NCBI RefSeq assembly: GCF_003945235.1
Contig: NZ_RSDW01000001.1
Span: 330,001 to 362,000, forward strand
Reading direction: 5' to 3'
Length of the DNA stretch: 32,000 nt
From: Edaphobacter aggregans
GTDB taxonomy: Bacteria; Acidobacteriota; Terriglobia; Terriglobales; Acidobacteriaceae
Position 1 is the stretch's first letter; the number at the start of each line of letters is the position of its first letter. A program made the translations under genes and the position numbers. Positions 17,019-25,850 of this stretch are shown here, piece by piece. Under the pieces are notes generated by a model. The model was not told the origin of the DNA. It saw only the letters and a list, made by a program, of their open reading frames with translations, and ran no database searches.

Positions 17019-17780
17019 ATGGCCATCGAAACCGCAGTTGAACCCACCGTCGGCAACATTACAGGTCCGCACCCAGGCGACGTCATCGTCACCGACAATC
17101 TGTGGAAGACCTACGAGATGGGCGACCAGCAGGTACACGCTCTCCGCGGCGTCAACCTGCGTATCCGCCACAACGAGTACGTCGCGATCATGGGTCCGTC
17201 CGGTTCAGGCAAATCGACCTTGATGAACCTCATCGGCTGCCTCGACTCTCCCTCGCAAGGTAAGTACTGGCTCAATGGACACGACGTCTCCGAGTTGAAC
17301 GATGACGAACTTGCCCGCATCCGCAACAAGGAAATTGGCTTCGTCTTCCAGACCTTCAACCTCCTTGCCCGTGCTACGTCGCTGCACAACGTCGAGCTGC
17401 CGTTGATCTACAACGGCACCCCTGCTGCAGAGCGGACCGCCCGAGCCAAAGCCGTCCTGGAGTCGGTCAACCTTGGCGCCCGCATGATGCACAAACCAAA
17501 TGAGTTGTCCGGAGGCCAGCGCCAGCGTGTCGCCATCGCTCGCGCCCTGGTCAATCATCCCTCCATCATCCTCGCCGACGAACCCACTGGAAACCTCGAC
17601 TCCAAGACGGGCGACGAGATCATGGGACTCTTCGACGAGCTTCACGCCAAGGGCAACACAATCATCGTTGTCACGCACGAGCCCGACATTGCTGAATTCG
17701 CTCACCGAATAATCACGATCCGCGATGGTGTCATCGCAGGCGACCACGCATCGCCTCGCCGGCAAAACCAATCACAGTAA
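17019..17780 (+). CDS. ABC transporter ATP-binding protein, MacB/LolD/FtsE clade (stand-alone NBD)
   Basis: The motifs are Walker A 'GPSGSGKST', signature '[15 protein letters not shown]', Walker B '[11 protein letters not shown]' and H-loop 'VTHEP'. By eye it aligns along its whole length with the N-terminal NBD of E. coli MacB. GGAGA lies 5 nt before the ATG. The ORF stops after 253 aa with no transmembrane domain. Confidence 0.9.
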   Translation: MAIETAVEPTVGNITGPHPGDVIVTDNLWKTYEMGDQQVHALRGVNLRIRHNEYVAIMGPSGSGKSTLMNLIGCLDSPSQGKYWLNGHDVSELNDDELARIRNKEIGFVFQTFNLLARATSLHNVELPLIYNGTPAAERTARAKAVLESVNLGARMMHKPNELSGGQRQRVAIARALVNHPSIILADEPTGNLDSKTGDEIMGLFDELHAKGNTIIVVTHEPDIAEFAHRIITIRDGVIAGDHASPRRQNQSQ

Positions 17781-17842
17781 CGAGTTACGCACCTCTATCA
17801 GTCATCGCATCCGCTTCGGTGCTGGCAAACGTCTAAAATGGA

Positions 17843-20425
17843 ATGATGGCAACGGAATCTCTCCGCCTGCGTTCCATAGGCATTTTTACAGTAATCTTTT
17901 TTGCCTGCTGTAACTTACTCCCTGCGCAAGCCTCGGCGCGCTTCGACCTTACTGGCCCCAAAATTGAGGTCCATGTCACCCGAGCCGGCAAAACTCTGCC
18001 TATCGCCGCTGTGCCTAACCTCCAGGCAGGCGATAAGCTCTGGCTACACCCCGACCTCCCGCCTACCCAGTCGGTCCATTATCTCCTCGTCGCCGCCTTT
18101 CTGCGCGGAACCACCAACCCTCCCCCTGACAACTGGTTCTTCCGCATCCAGACCTGGGACAAGAAAGTCCGCGAAGAGGGCGTTACCATCACGGTTCCTG
18201 CGGAGGCCCAGCAAGCCATCCTCTTCCTCGCTCCCGAAACCGGCGGCGATTTCAGCACCCTCCGCTCCGCCGTCCGTGGCCGCCCCGGTATCTTCGTCCG
18301 CGCCTCCCAGGATCTTGCTGAGGCAGGATTCGAACAGGCTCGCATCGAAAAGTACCTCGCTTCCATGCAGAAGGTCCCGCCATCCGATCCAAAGGCTCTG
18401 CTCGATCACTCCACCTTCCTGGCCCGCACCCTCAACCTCAAGCCCAACCAGGACTGCTTTAGCCGCCCCGTCGACATGCAATTCAACTGTCTCACGCAGA
18501 GCGGCACCCAGACCCTCCTCGACGATGGCCACGCCCAAACGATCGTCGCCAGCCTCTCAAGCGGAGATACCTCAAGCTTCATCAATGCCGCGAGCTATAC
18601 CGGGATGGCCGGCGGCGGTCTGTACAGCGCCTACGTGGGAGCGGTCGTCGATCTCATCCATCTCATGAGCGGCCTCCACACGGCGCACTACCAGTACATC
18701 CCCGCCATTGCCTTCCCCACCGACGAGAGTCTCAACCTGCGTCTCAACACCCCTCCTTCCTTCAACAATCCCAAGTCGGTCATCGTGATCGGTCTTCCGG
18801 CGATCCAGGCCTCTATCCCGCCGCCGCTCCGTCCAGCAGACCCAAAGCAGATCAGCTGCCTGCTGAGACCCACGCTCGTACTTCCCGTCGAAGGTGCCCC
18901 CCTCGTCTTCTCGACCGCGTTCGCACATGATCTGGTTCTGCACGTTCCCCCTATCCACGGCACAGGCCCAGCCACCGAGATACCGTTAACCCCCGACGCC
19001 TTCCAGGGCGGCTTAGTTCTGGCCCACACCCCCGAGCGGAAGGTTCTTACGGCCCCTGACGACTCCGGCAATCCCGCAACGCCTGCACCCGCTTCCAGTA
19101 CGACTCCCGCCCCAGCCCCCCAAGCGGCCTCCACCTCCAGCACAGTCGTTACCGGAACCATCTCCGGCTACTGGGGCTTCGATGCCTTCACTGGCCCATC
19201 CATTCAGCTCCAGGTAGTCCCCGGGACAGACTGGAAGCTAGCCGCCGGTGATCTGCTCATCGCTGGCCGCGAGAATCATCTTTCGCTCAACTCAACCGGC
19301 ACTGCCTGCATCGCGTCCATCACGCTCGACACCGAAGCCGGAGAAAAAGTCGCCACCCAATGGAAGCTCGCAGACAAGCCTAACCTGGTCGATGTCAAGG
19401 TCTCGCTCCAGTCCTTAGCCCCTGGCGCGCTTCACCTCTCCATCCACCAGCACGGCGAACCCGAGGTCCACACCGTCGCGGCTGAAACCTTCTCCGAGCC
19501 CGCGCGCCTCAACGCTCTCGAACTTCACGCAGGCGACACCGTCGCGACCCTCACCGGCACCAGTCTCGATCAGGTCAAGAGCCTCAGTCTCAGTGGGCTG
19601 GAGTTCGCTCCTATGCCGCCCGCCGCGGACGCCCCCCCGTCCGAAGCCTCAAACACAACCCTGAAACTCACCCTCCCCCCCAACACACCGGCTCCCAAAT
19701 TCCAGCATGGCGATAATCTCACCGCCCACTTTACCCTCAAGGACGGCCGCAGCCTCGCACTTCCCGTAACAGTAGCCCCGCCGCGTCCCATGGTCACGCT
19801 CCTCAGCAAGAGCGTTGCCCAGCCCGGCATCTCTCCCATCCATCTCGCCGATGATGACGACATGCCCGTCAACCAGCAGTTCACCTTCTCCCTGCGCTCC
19901 CCGACGCCTTTCCCGCGCACCGGCCAGATCGAGGTCTCAAACGCCGACGACTCGCTCCGCACCACGCTCAGCGTTCCAGCCGGCACCCTGGTCCTGCAGA
20001 ACCCGCACACGCTCCTCGCTACACTCGACCCACTCAAGACCTTCGGGACCTCTGCCTACGGCCCTCTGCGCGTGCGAGCGGTCTCTCCTGAAGGCATCGC
20101 AGGCGACTGGCTACCACTCGTCACCCTCGTTCGCCTTCCTGTCCTCAAGGACCTCCACTGCCCCTCTGAAGCCACTCAATACTGCACGCTCACCGGCTCC
20201 AATCTCTACCTCATCCAGCAGATCGCTACCGACGCCGACTTCACCAACCCCACGGATGTGCCAGAAGGCTTCGTCGGCACAACCCTTACGCTTCCCCGCC
20301 CTGGCAAGTCCGGCTTTTATCTTCGACTCCGCGATGACCCCTCGGCCGCCAACACCGTAGTCATGCCCATCGCGCCCACGCCAACCACCACCGCCGAGCG
20401 CAAAAACAAAGACGCCCAGCCATAG
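17843..20425 (+). CDS. Large secreted protein of unknown function (860 aa)
   Basis: This is a single long ORF with strong C/G-ending codon usage like its neighbours. The signal peptide is 'IGIFTVIFFACCNLLPAQASA'. A central Pro/Thr/Ala/Ser linker ('PATPAPASSTTPAPAPQAASTSS') is followed by a beta-strand-rich C-terminal half. I recognised no catalytic or known domain motif. Confidence 0.65.
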   Translation: MMATESLRLRSIGIFTVIFFACCNLLPAQASARFDLTGPKIEVHVTRAGKTLPIAAVPNLQAGDKLWLHPDLPPTQSVHYLLVAAFLRGTTNPPPDNWFFRIQTWDKKVREEGVTITVPAEAQQAILFLAPETGGDFSTLRSAVRGRPGIFVRASQDLAEAGFEQARIEKYLASMQKVPPSDPKALLDHSTFLARTLNLKPNQDCFSRPVDMQFNCLTQSGTQTLLDDGHAQTIVASLSSGDTSSFINAASYTGMAGGGLYSAYVGAVVDLIHLMSGLHTAHYQYIPAIAFPTDESLNLRLNTPPSFNNPKSVIVIGLPAIQASIPPPLRPADPKQISCLLRPTLVLPVEGAPLVFSTAFAHDLVLHVPPIHGTGPATEIPLTPDAFQGGLVLAHTPERKVLTAPDDSGNPATPAPASSTTPAPAPQAASTSSTVVTGTISGYWGFDAFTGPSIQLQVVPGTDWKLAAGDLLIAGRENHLSLNSTGTACIASITLDTEAGEKVATQWKLADKPNLVDVKVSLQSLAPGALHLSIHQHGEPEVHTVAAETFSEPARLNALELHAGDTVATLTGTSLDQVKSLSLSGLEFAPMPPAADAPPSEASNTTLKLTLPPNTPAPKFQHGDNLTAHFTLKDGRSLALPVTVAPPRPMVTLLSKSVAQPGISPIHLADDDDMPVNQQFTFSLRSPTPFPRTGQIEVSNADDSLRTTLSVPAGTLVLQNPHTLLATLDPLKTFGTSAYGPLRVRAVSPEGIAGDWLPLVTLVRLPVLKDLHCPSEATQYCTLTGSNLYLIQQIATDADFTNPTDVPEGFVGTTLTLPRPGKSGFYLRLRDDPSAANTVVMPIAPTPTTTAERKNKDAQP

Positions 20426-20450
20426 CTGAGCGTCTCATCCAAGCCGCTAA

Positions 20451-22055
20451 CTAATCCTTTACACTGACTCGCGCCTCGCCGAGTTGTACCCGGCTGTGCT
20501 TCACGCTATAGGTAAAGTAGACGACCAGCCCGATGACCAGCCACACAATCAGCCGCGCCCAGTTTAGCCATCCCAGCTTCACCATCATGTAGCCATTGAA
20601 CAGGATGCCCAGAACCGGAACGATCGGAACCCAGGGCGTCCGGAACGGTCTCGCCTTGTTCGGGTCGGTCTTGCGTAGAACCATGATCGCGATACACACA
20701 ATGACAAACGCCAGCAGCGTACCGATATTTACCATCTTGCCGATGTCATCGATCGGCGTCAGCGCACCGACAATTCCAGCCAGCGTACCCACCAGAAACG
20801 TGTTCTTGAACGGCGTCCGAAACCGCGGATGCACCTCAGCAAAGAACTTCTTCGGCAGCAGGCCATCTGAAGCCATCGCGTACAGGACACGAGTCTGACC
20901 CAGCAACATCACCAGCATCACCGAAGTGAGCCCAGCCAGCGCGCCGAGCGTAATGATGTCACTAGCCCAACCAAGATTGCGGTCAGCAAATGCCCGCGCA
21001 ATTGGAGCCTCAATGTTCACCTGCTGCCACGGCACCATACCTGTCAGAACGGCCGCAACCCCGATATACAAGAGCGTGCAGATCGTCAGCGAGGCAATGA
21101 TTCCAATCGGCAGATCACGCTGCGGATTCTTAGCCTCCTGCGCCGTCGTCGACACCGCATCGAAACCGATATACGCAAAAAAGATATAAGCGGCACCAGC
21201 ACCAATTCCGCCAAACCCGTACGGCGCGAACGAGTGCCAATCATGTCCCCAGTTCGCATGGCTGATGTACTTTGCGCCAAGCCCGAGGACGAACAACACC
21301 ACCGAAACCTTAATCACCACGATCGTCGTATTGAACTTCGCCGATTCCTTGATTCCAATCGCCAGCACCGTCGTCACAATCAGCGCAATCAGAAACGCTG
21401 GCAGATTGATCCCGATCTCATGGCCAAACAGCACCGGAGCGCCCAAAACCTGGTGAGCCCTTGCCATCATCTCCGCCGTCGGAGCAGCCTTCAAAACGCC
21501 GAGTTGAGCGATATACTCCTGAGTCCCTGGCAGCAGCTTCGCATAGGACGACGCCATAATCTCCCGGCCAACCGAGTCCACCGCGACTCCCAGTCCGGTC
21601 CAATGGTCGTACGCCAGCCACAGTGGAAACTTGATATGAGCGATATTCATCAGCTCGATAAAGTGATTCGACCATCCCGAACTCACCGTGCTTGCGCCCA
21701 TCGCATACTCGAGCGTCAAATCCCAGCCAATAATCCATGCAATCAGCTCACCCAACGTCGCATAAGCATACGTATAAGCCGACCCAGCCAGCGGAATCAT
21801 CGCTGCAAACTCCGCATAGCAAAGTCCGGCAAAAGCGCATCCCAACCCGCTCAAAACAAACGACAGCATCAATCCAGGCCCGGCATAATGAGCACCCAGT
21901 CCGCTCAGTACAAAGATGCCTGCGCCGATCACAGCGCCTACCCCCAGCGCCGTCAGCTGAAATGGCCCAAGGCATCGCTCCAGCGTTCCTTCGCCTTCAG
22001 CCTTAGATTCGGCCAGCAGTACATCCATTGATTTTCTTGCAAACAACTTCGACAT
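20451..22055 (-). CDS. Amino acid permease, APC superfamily (cationic-amino-acid-transporter-like)
   Basis: 'LTALGVGAVIGAGIFVLSG' is the APC signature. The protein has about 12-14 hydrophobic segments and a CAT-type C-terminal extension ('RPFRTPWVPIVPVLGI'). Confidence 0.9.
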   Translation of the reverse strand: MSKLFARKSMDVLLAESKAEGEGTLERCLGPFQLTALGVGAVIGAGIFVLSGLGAHYAGPGLMLSFVLSGLGCAFAGLCYAEFAAMIPLAGSAYTYAYATLGELIAWIIGWDLTLEYAMGASTVSSGWSNHFIELMNIAHIKFPLWLAYDHWTGLGVAVDSVGREIMASSYAKLLPGTQEYIAQLGVLKAAPTAEMMARAHQVLGAPVLFGHEIGINLPAFLIALIVTTVLAIGIKESAKFNTTIVVIKVSVVLFVLGLGAKYISHANWGHDWHSFAPYGFGGIGAGAAYIFFAYIGFDAVSTTAQEAKNPQRDLPIGIIASLTICTLLYIGVAAVLTGMVPWQQVNIEAPIARAFADRNLGWASDIITLGALAGLTSVMLVMLLGQTRVLYAMASDGLLPKKFFAEVHPRFRTPFKNTFLVGTLAGIVGALTPIDDIGKMVNIGTLLAFVIVCIAIMVLRKTDPNKARPFRTPWVPIVPVLGILFNGYMMVKLGWLNWARLIVWLVIGLVVYFTYSVKHSRVQLGEARVSVKD

Positions 22056-22072
22056 CGTAGCCTGGTTCTCCT

Positions 22073-23695
22073 TTACGTCCCGGTCACTTCAACATCAAGC
22101 TCTTTTCCTGCAACGGCAATGCCCTGCCGCTTCCACACCAGATACACCGGCACGCCAAGCAGAACGATAATCAGCCCCGGCCACGTATATTGAGGTTTGT
22201 AACGCAATAGTACGACACAAATCCACGCCGCCATCACGATATAAAGCCCCGGCAGCACCGGATACCCAAACGCCTTATATGGCCGAGCCGCATCTGGACG
22301 CGTCCGCCGCAGCACAAACAGCCCCATGATCGTCAGAATGTAGAAGACCAGCACCGCAAAGATCACATAATCCAGCAGTTGCCCATAGCTGCCCGACAGG
22401 CACAGCAGGCAAGTCCATACACACTGTACCCACAGCGAATTCACCGGCGTCTTCGACCGCTCACTCAGCCTTCCCACCGACTTGAAAAACAACCCATCGC
22501 GGCTCATCGCGTAATACACACGAGCCCCAGCCAGCAGCATCCCGTTCACGCACCCAAATGTGGACACCAGGATCGCCGCAGCCATCAGCTTCGCGCCCAT
22601 CCCGGCAAACGCGCTCTCCATCACCGCCGTGGCTACCCGATCCTCAGCCGCAAACTGAATCCCTCGCCCCGCAATCGTCGTTGCCGCAGGATCACCCACC
22701 ATCGGCAGCACGCTCAGATAAACAAAATTGCAGAGCACATACAGCAGCAACACAACGCCCGTCCCAATCGCCAGCGACAGTGGCAGATTCCGTCTCGGAT
22801 TCCGAATCTCTCCCGCCGTAAACGTAACGTTGTTCCACGCATCCGAGCTGAACAGCGAGCCCACCTGCACCACCGCCAATATCGTCAGCACCCCAACAAA
22901 AGCCGTCGGCCCACCCACACCCACCTGCACCGCATGAACCGAATGCCACCCAGCCCCAGCCCAGAAATTCTTCCACCCCGCACCAAAGTTAGCCGCAACA
23001 GCATCCGCATTCTTGGCGAACACTCCCACCAGCACCACCGCAGCCAGCGCCAGAACCTTCGCGGAAGTAAACACATTCTGCACCGCCGCGCCCATCTTGA
23101 CGCCCAGCGTATTCAGCACCGTCAACAACACAACTACGATAATCGCCGCCAGATTCGCCGTATTCAGCCCGATGTCCATGTTGCCCAGCACCATCGGCCC
23201 CACGTGCCATGCCGGCACATGCCCGATATGCCACAGCCAGTTCTGTGCACTTACACTAGGAAAGAAAACCCCCAGAAACTTTCCAAACGCCACGCCGACC
23301 GCGGCAATCGTCCCCGTCTGGATCACCAGAAACAGCGTCCACCCATACAAAAATCCCCAAAGCGGCCCTAGCGCCTCGCGTAGATACACATACTGGCCGC
23401 CAGCCTTCGGCATCATCGCCGCCAGTTCCCCATAGCTCAGCGCACCAATAATCGTCATCAGCGCCGTCACCAGCCACGCCGCAATCAGCAGCGCCGGCGA
23501 CCCCAGCCCCCGCGACATATCCGCCGACACGATAAAGATGCCCGACCCAATCATCGAGCCCATCACAATCGCCGTCGCCGAAAACAACCCCATCCCCTGC
23601 ACAAACTGAGGAGTCGTCGAAACCGATTGGCCCTGATCCCGCGCCGGAGCAGAGGGATCTGCTGTTGTATTTTTCAAACTAGTCACGTTCGTCAT
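22073..23695 (-). CDS. Amino acid permease, APC superfamily (LAT/SLC7-like)
   Basis: 'MGSMIGSGIFIVSADM' is APC-type. Other matching segments are 'GELAAMMPKAGGQYVY' and 'RPYKAFGYPVLPGLYI'. The protein is highly hydrophobic throughout. Confidence 0.9.
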   Translation of the reverse strand: MTNVTSLKNTTADPSAPARDQGQSVSTTPQFVQGMGLFSATAIVMGSMIGSGIFIVSADMSRGLGSPALLIAAWLVTALMTIIGALSYGELAAMMPKAGGQYVYLREALGPLWGFLYGWTLFLVIQTGTIAAVGVAFGKFLGVFFPSVSAQNWLWHIGHVPAWHVGPMVLGNMDIGLNTANLAAIIVVVLLTVLNTLGVKMGAAVQNVFTSAKVLALAAVVLVGVFAKNADAVAANFGAGWKNFWAGAGWHSVHAVQVGVGGPTAFVGVLTILAVVQVGSLFSSDAWNNVTFTAGEIRNPRRNLPLSLAIGTGVVLLLYVLCNFVYLSVLPMVGDPAATTIAGRGIQFAAEDRVATAVMESAFAGMGAKLMAAAILVSTFGCVNGMLLAGARVYYAMSRDGLFFKSVGRLSERSKTPVNSLWVQCVWTCLLCLSGSYGQLLDYVIFAVLVFYILTIMGLFVLRRTRPDAARPYKAFGYPVLPGLYIVMAAWICVVLLRYKPQYTWPGLIIVLLGVPVYLVWKRQGIAVAGKELDVEVTGT

Positions 23696-23697
23696 TT

Positions 23698-24354
23698 CTA
23701 CCGTAAAAGATCGAGAAAGTCTCCAGCAACCTTCGCGACCGGCTCCCCTTCAACCAACAGCGCGCTGATAACCGCAACAGAATCAGCCCCAGCGTCCATC
23801 ACGCTCTTGGCATTGGCGCGTGTAATTCCCCCAATCGCGACAATCGGTTTCGCAGTAAGCCCGCGCGCCCGCATCACCCCTTCGAGCCCGATCACAGGCT
23901 CCGCATCCACCTTCGTTCCAGTAGCGAACACCGGCCCCACCGCAACATAATCCGCACAACTCAACTCCGCCAGGCGAACTTGCTCGTCCGTATGCGTAGA
24001 AACCCCAACTATCCTCCGGGCACCCACCACTTGTCGCGCATCCTCCGGCGACAGATCCCCCTGACCCACATGAACCCCATCCCACCCAGCCAACAAAGCG
24101 AGATCCGCTCGATCATTCATGATCAGACGAGCTTTCTCCCACGCAAAAACCTCGCGAATCAACGCAGCATTCCGCAGGACATCCGACGGGGCCGAACTCT
24201 TATCTCGAAACTGCAACAGCGTCACGCCCGCATCAAGCAAACTTCGCGCAAAATCCTCCACCCCGGCCCTGCGCGACCCAAGAAGCCCGGCATCCACAAT
24301 CGGATACAGCCGAGGCAACGTCAGAGAACGTAGCGATACAGCGCCTTCCCCCAC
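23698..24354 (-). CDS. thiE: Thiamine-phosphate synthase
   Basis: ThiE motifs are 'LYPIVD', 'LLQFRDK', 'LIMNDRADLA', 'GVHVGQGD', 'GPVFATGTK' and 'VAIGGI'. The listed ORF runs to 24537 but would overlap accC by 179 nt. A GTG at 24354 lies 4 nt after the accC stop and gives a normal 218-aa ThiE. Confidence 0.8.
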   Translation of the reverse strand: MGEGAVSLRSLTLPRLYPIVDAGLLGSRRAGVEDFARSLLDAGVTLLQFRDKSSAPSDVLRNAALIREVFAWEKARLIMNDRADLALLAGWDGVHVGQGDLSPEDARQVVGARRIVGVSTHTDEQVRLAELSCADYVAVGPVFATGTKVDAEPVIGLEGVMRARGLTAKPIVAIGGITRANAKSVMDAGADSVAVISALLVEGEPVAKVAGDFLDLLR

Positions 24355-24358
24355 TAGC

Positions 24359-25711
24359 CTATCCCTGCTGTCGCTCAAGAAACCGTTCCATAAACTTCGT
24401 ATCGAACTGCCCTGCCCGGAACTCCGCATCCGCAAATATCTTCTGGTGCAGCGGAATCGTCGTATGAATCCCCTGCACCACAAACTGCGACAGGGCCCGC
24501 TGCATCTTGTCCATCGACTCTTCGCGATCCTTCCCATGGCAGATCAGCTTGGCGATCATGCTGTCGTAGTACGGAGGGACCACGCCCTCGGCATACTGCG
24601 CCGTATCCACGCGAACCCCGTTACCACCTGGAATATTGAACGCCGTAATCTTCCCGGCGCTCGGCGTGAACTTCTCCGGATGCTCCGCATTGATCCGGCA
24701 TTCAATCGCATGCCCACGAATCTCCACGGGCTTCGTAATGATCGACGAAAGTTTCTCCCCGGCCGCAATCCGCAACTGCGCCTTCACGAGGTCGATTCCT
24801 GTAACCATCTCGGTTACACAATGCTCCACCTGGATACGCGTATTCATCTCGATGAAGTAGATCTTCCCATCCTCATCCATCAAAAACTCAATCGTTCCAG
24901 CATTCCAGTAGCCGATATTCTCCAGCGACTTCTTGATCGTCTTCCCCAACTCCTCGCGAAGCTTCGGCGTCACCATCAAGCTCGGAGCCTCTTCGATCAA
25001 CTTCTGATGCCGTCGCTGAATCGAGCACTCCCGCTCACCCAGACTCATCACATTCCCATGCTCATCCGCCAGCACTTGGAACTCGATATGCCGAGGCCGC
25101 TCGATGAACTTCTCCATGTACAGATCGCCATTGCCAAACGCATTCGCCGCCTCAGTCGAAGCCTGCTGATACAACCCCGGCAACTCCTCCGGGCTGCGAC
25201 AGATACGCATCCCACGCCCGCCACCACCCGCAACGGCCTTCAAGATCACGGGGTATCCGACACTCTTAGCCCACTCCAGAGCCTCACCCTCGCTCTCGAT
25301 CACGCCGTCAGACCCCGGCAAAATCGGCACCTTGGCCTTCTTCATCGTCTGCCGCGCCGTGGACTTCTCGCCCATCATCCGCGTCACCTCAGGCGGAGGC
25401 CCAATAAACTTGATGTTCGAAGCTCGGCACACCTCGGCGAAGTTCGCATTCTCGCTCAGCAGCCCGTACCCCGGATGAATCGCGTCCACATCCGCAATCT
25501 CCGCCGCCGAGATCACCGCCGGAACATTCAGATAACTCTCCGCCGACCGAGCCGGCCCGATGCAAATTGCCTCATCGGCAAACTTCACATGCAATGAGTT
25601 CCTGTCTGGCTCGCTATATACGGCCACCGTACGGATACCCATCTCCTTGCACGCGCTGATCACGCGCAGCGCAATCTCCCCACGATTTGCAATCAATACC
25701 TTACGAAACAT
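24359..25711 (-). CDS. accC: Acetyl-CoA carboxylase, biotin carboxylase subunit
   Basis: '[26 protein letters not shown]', '[18 protein letters not shown]' and '[17 protein letters not shown]' are near-invariant AccC segments. The length of 450 aa is also typical. Confidence 0.95.
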   Translation of the reverse strand: MFRKVLIANRGEIALRVISACKEMGIRTVAVYSEPDRNSLHVKFADEAICIGPARSAESYLNVPAVISAAEIADVDAIHPGYGLLSENANFAEVCRASNIKFIGPPPEVTRMMGEKSTARQTMKKAKVPILPGSDGVIESEGEALEWAKSVGYPVILKAVAGGGGRGMRICRSPEELPGLYQQASTEAANAFGNGDLYMEKFIERPRHIEFQVLADEHGNVMSLGERECSIQRRHQKLIEEAPSLMVTPKLREELGKTIKKSLENIGYWNAGTIEFLMDEDGKIYFIEMNTRIQVEHCVTEMVTGIDLVKAQLRIAAGEKLSSIITKPVEIRGHAIECRINAEHPEKFTPSAGKITAFNIPGGNGVRVDTAQYAEGVVPPYYDSMIAKLICHGKDREESMDKMQRALSQFVVQGIHTTIPLHQKIFADAEFRAGQFDTKFMERFLERQQG

Positions 25712-25775
25712 AGATGCAGATGCCTTCCGTCGTTCTCGTCGCTGTCTCTTTCAATGCCATTCCGCACCAAAAGAA

Positions 25776-25816
25776 TTGTCATTTCGACCGGAGCGCAGCG
25801 GAGTGGAGAAACCCGC
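25776..25816 (+). repeat. Intergenic repeat, copy A (TTGTCATTTCGACCGGAGCGCAGCGGAGTGGAGAAACCCGC)
   Basis: It lies in the accB-accC spacer. It shares the TTGTCATT head, a GAGCGNAGCGNAG core and an AACCC..GC tail with copy C at 31856-31887. Confidence 0.5.
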
Positions 25817-25850
25817 TTCTCTACCGATACCCTTCATACAAAAGCGATTC

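Noticed and set aside
17901-18668. A 255-aa alternative-frame ORF lies inside the 860-aa gene, with another at 19815..20360. I considered them as possible overprinted genes.
   Set aside because: Their Pro/Ser/Ala/Thr/Arg-rich translations are what the +1 frame of a C-ending-codon gene yields. They have no independent start context or motif.
22379-23371. A 330-aa plus-strand ORF lies antisense to the APC permease. The same applies to 21234..22031, 25560..26531, 26587..27099, 27636..28145 and 30843..31742.
   Set aside because: All are opposite or out of frame with genes that carry clear family motifs. All have R/H/P/Q/S-rich compositions typical of non-coding frames in GC-rich DNA.
23698-24537. 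The long (279-aa) version of the thiE ORF.
   Set aside because: The extra 61 N-terminal codons overlap the 3' end of accC in another frame and encode an Arg/Cys/Ser-rich non-ThiE sequence. I trimmed the gene to the GTG at 24354.
24119-25597. A 492-aa plus-strand ORF lies antisense to accC.
   Set aside because: It lies entirely opposite a near-invariant accC reading frame. Its translation is Arg/Leu/His/Pro-rich with no motif. This is a typical shadow ORF produced by strong GC3 bias on the coding strand.
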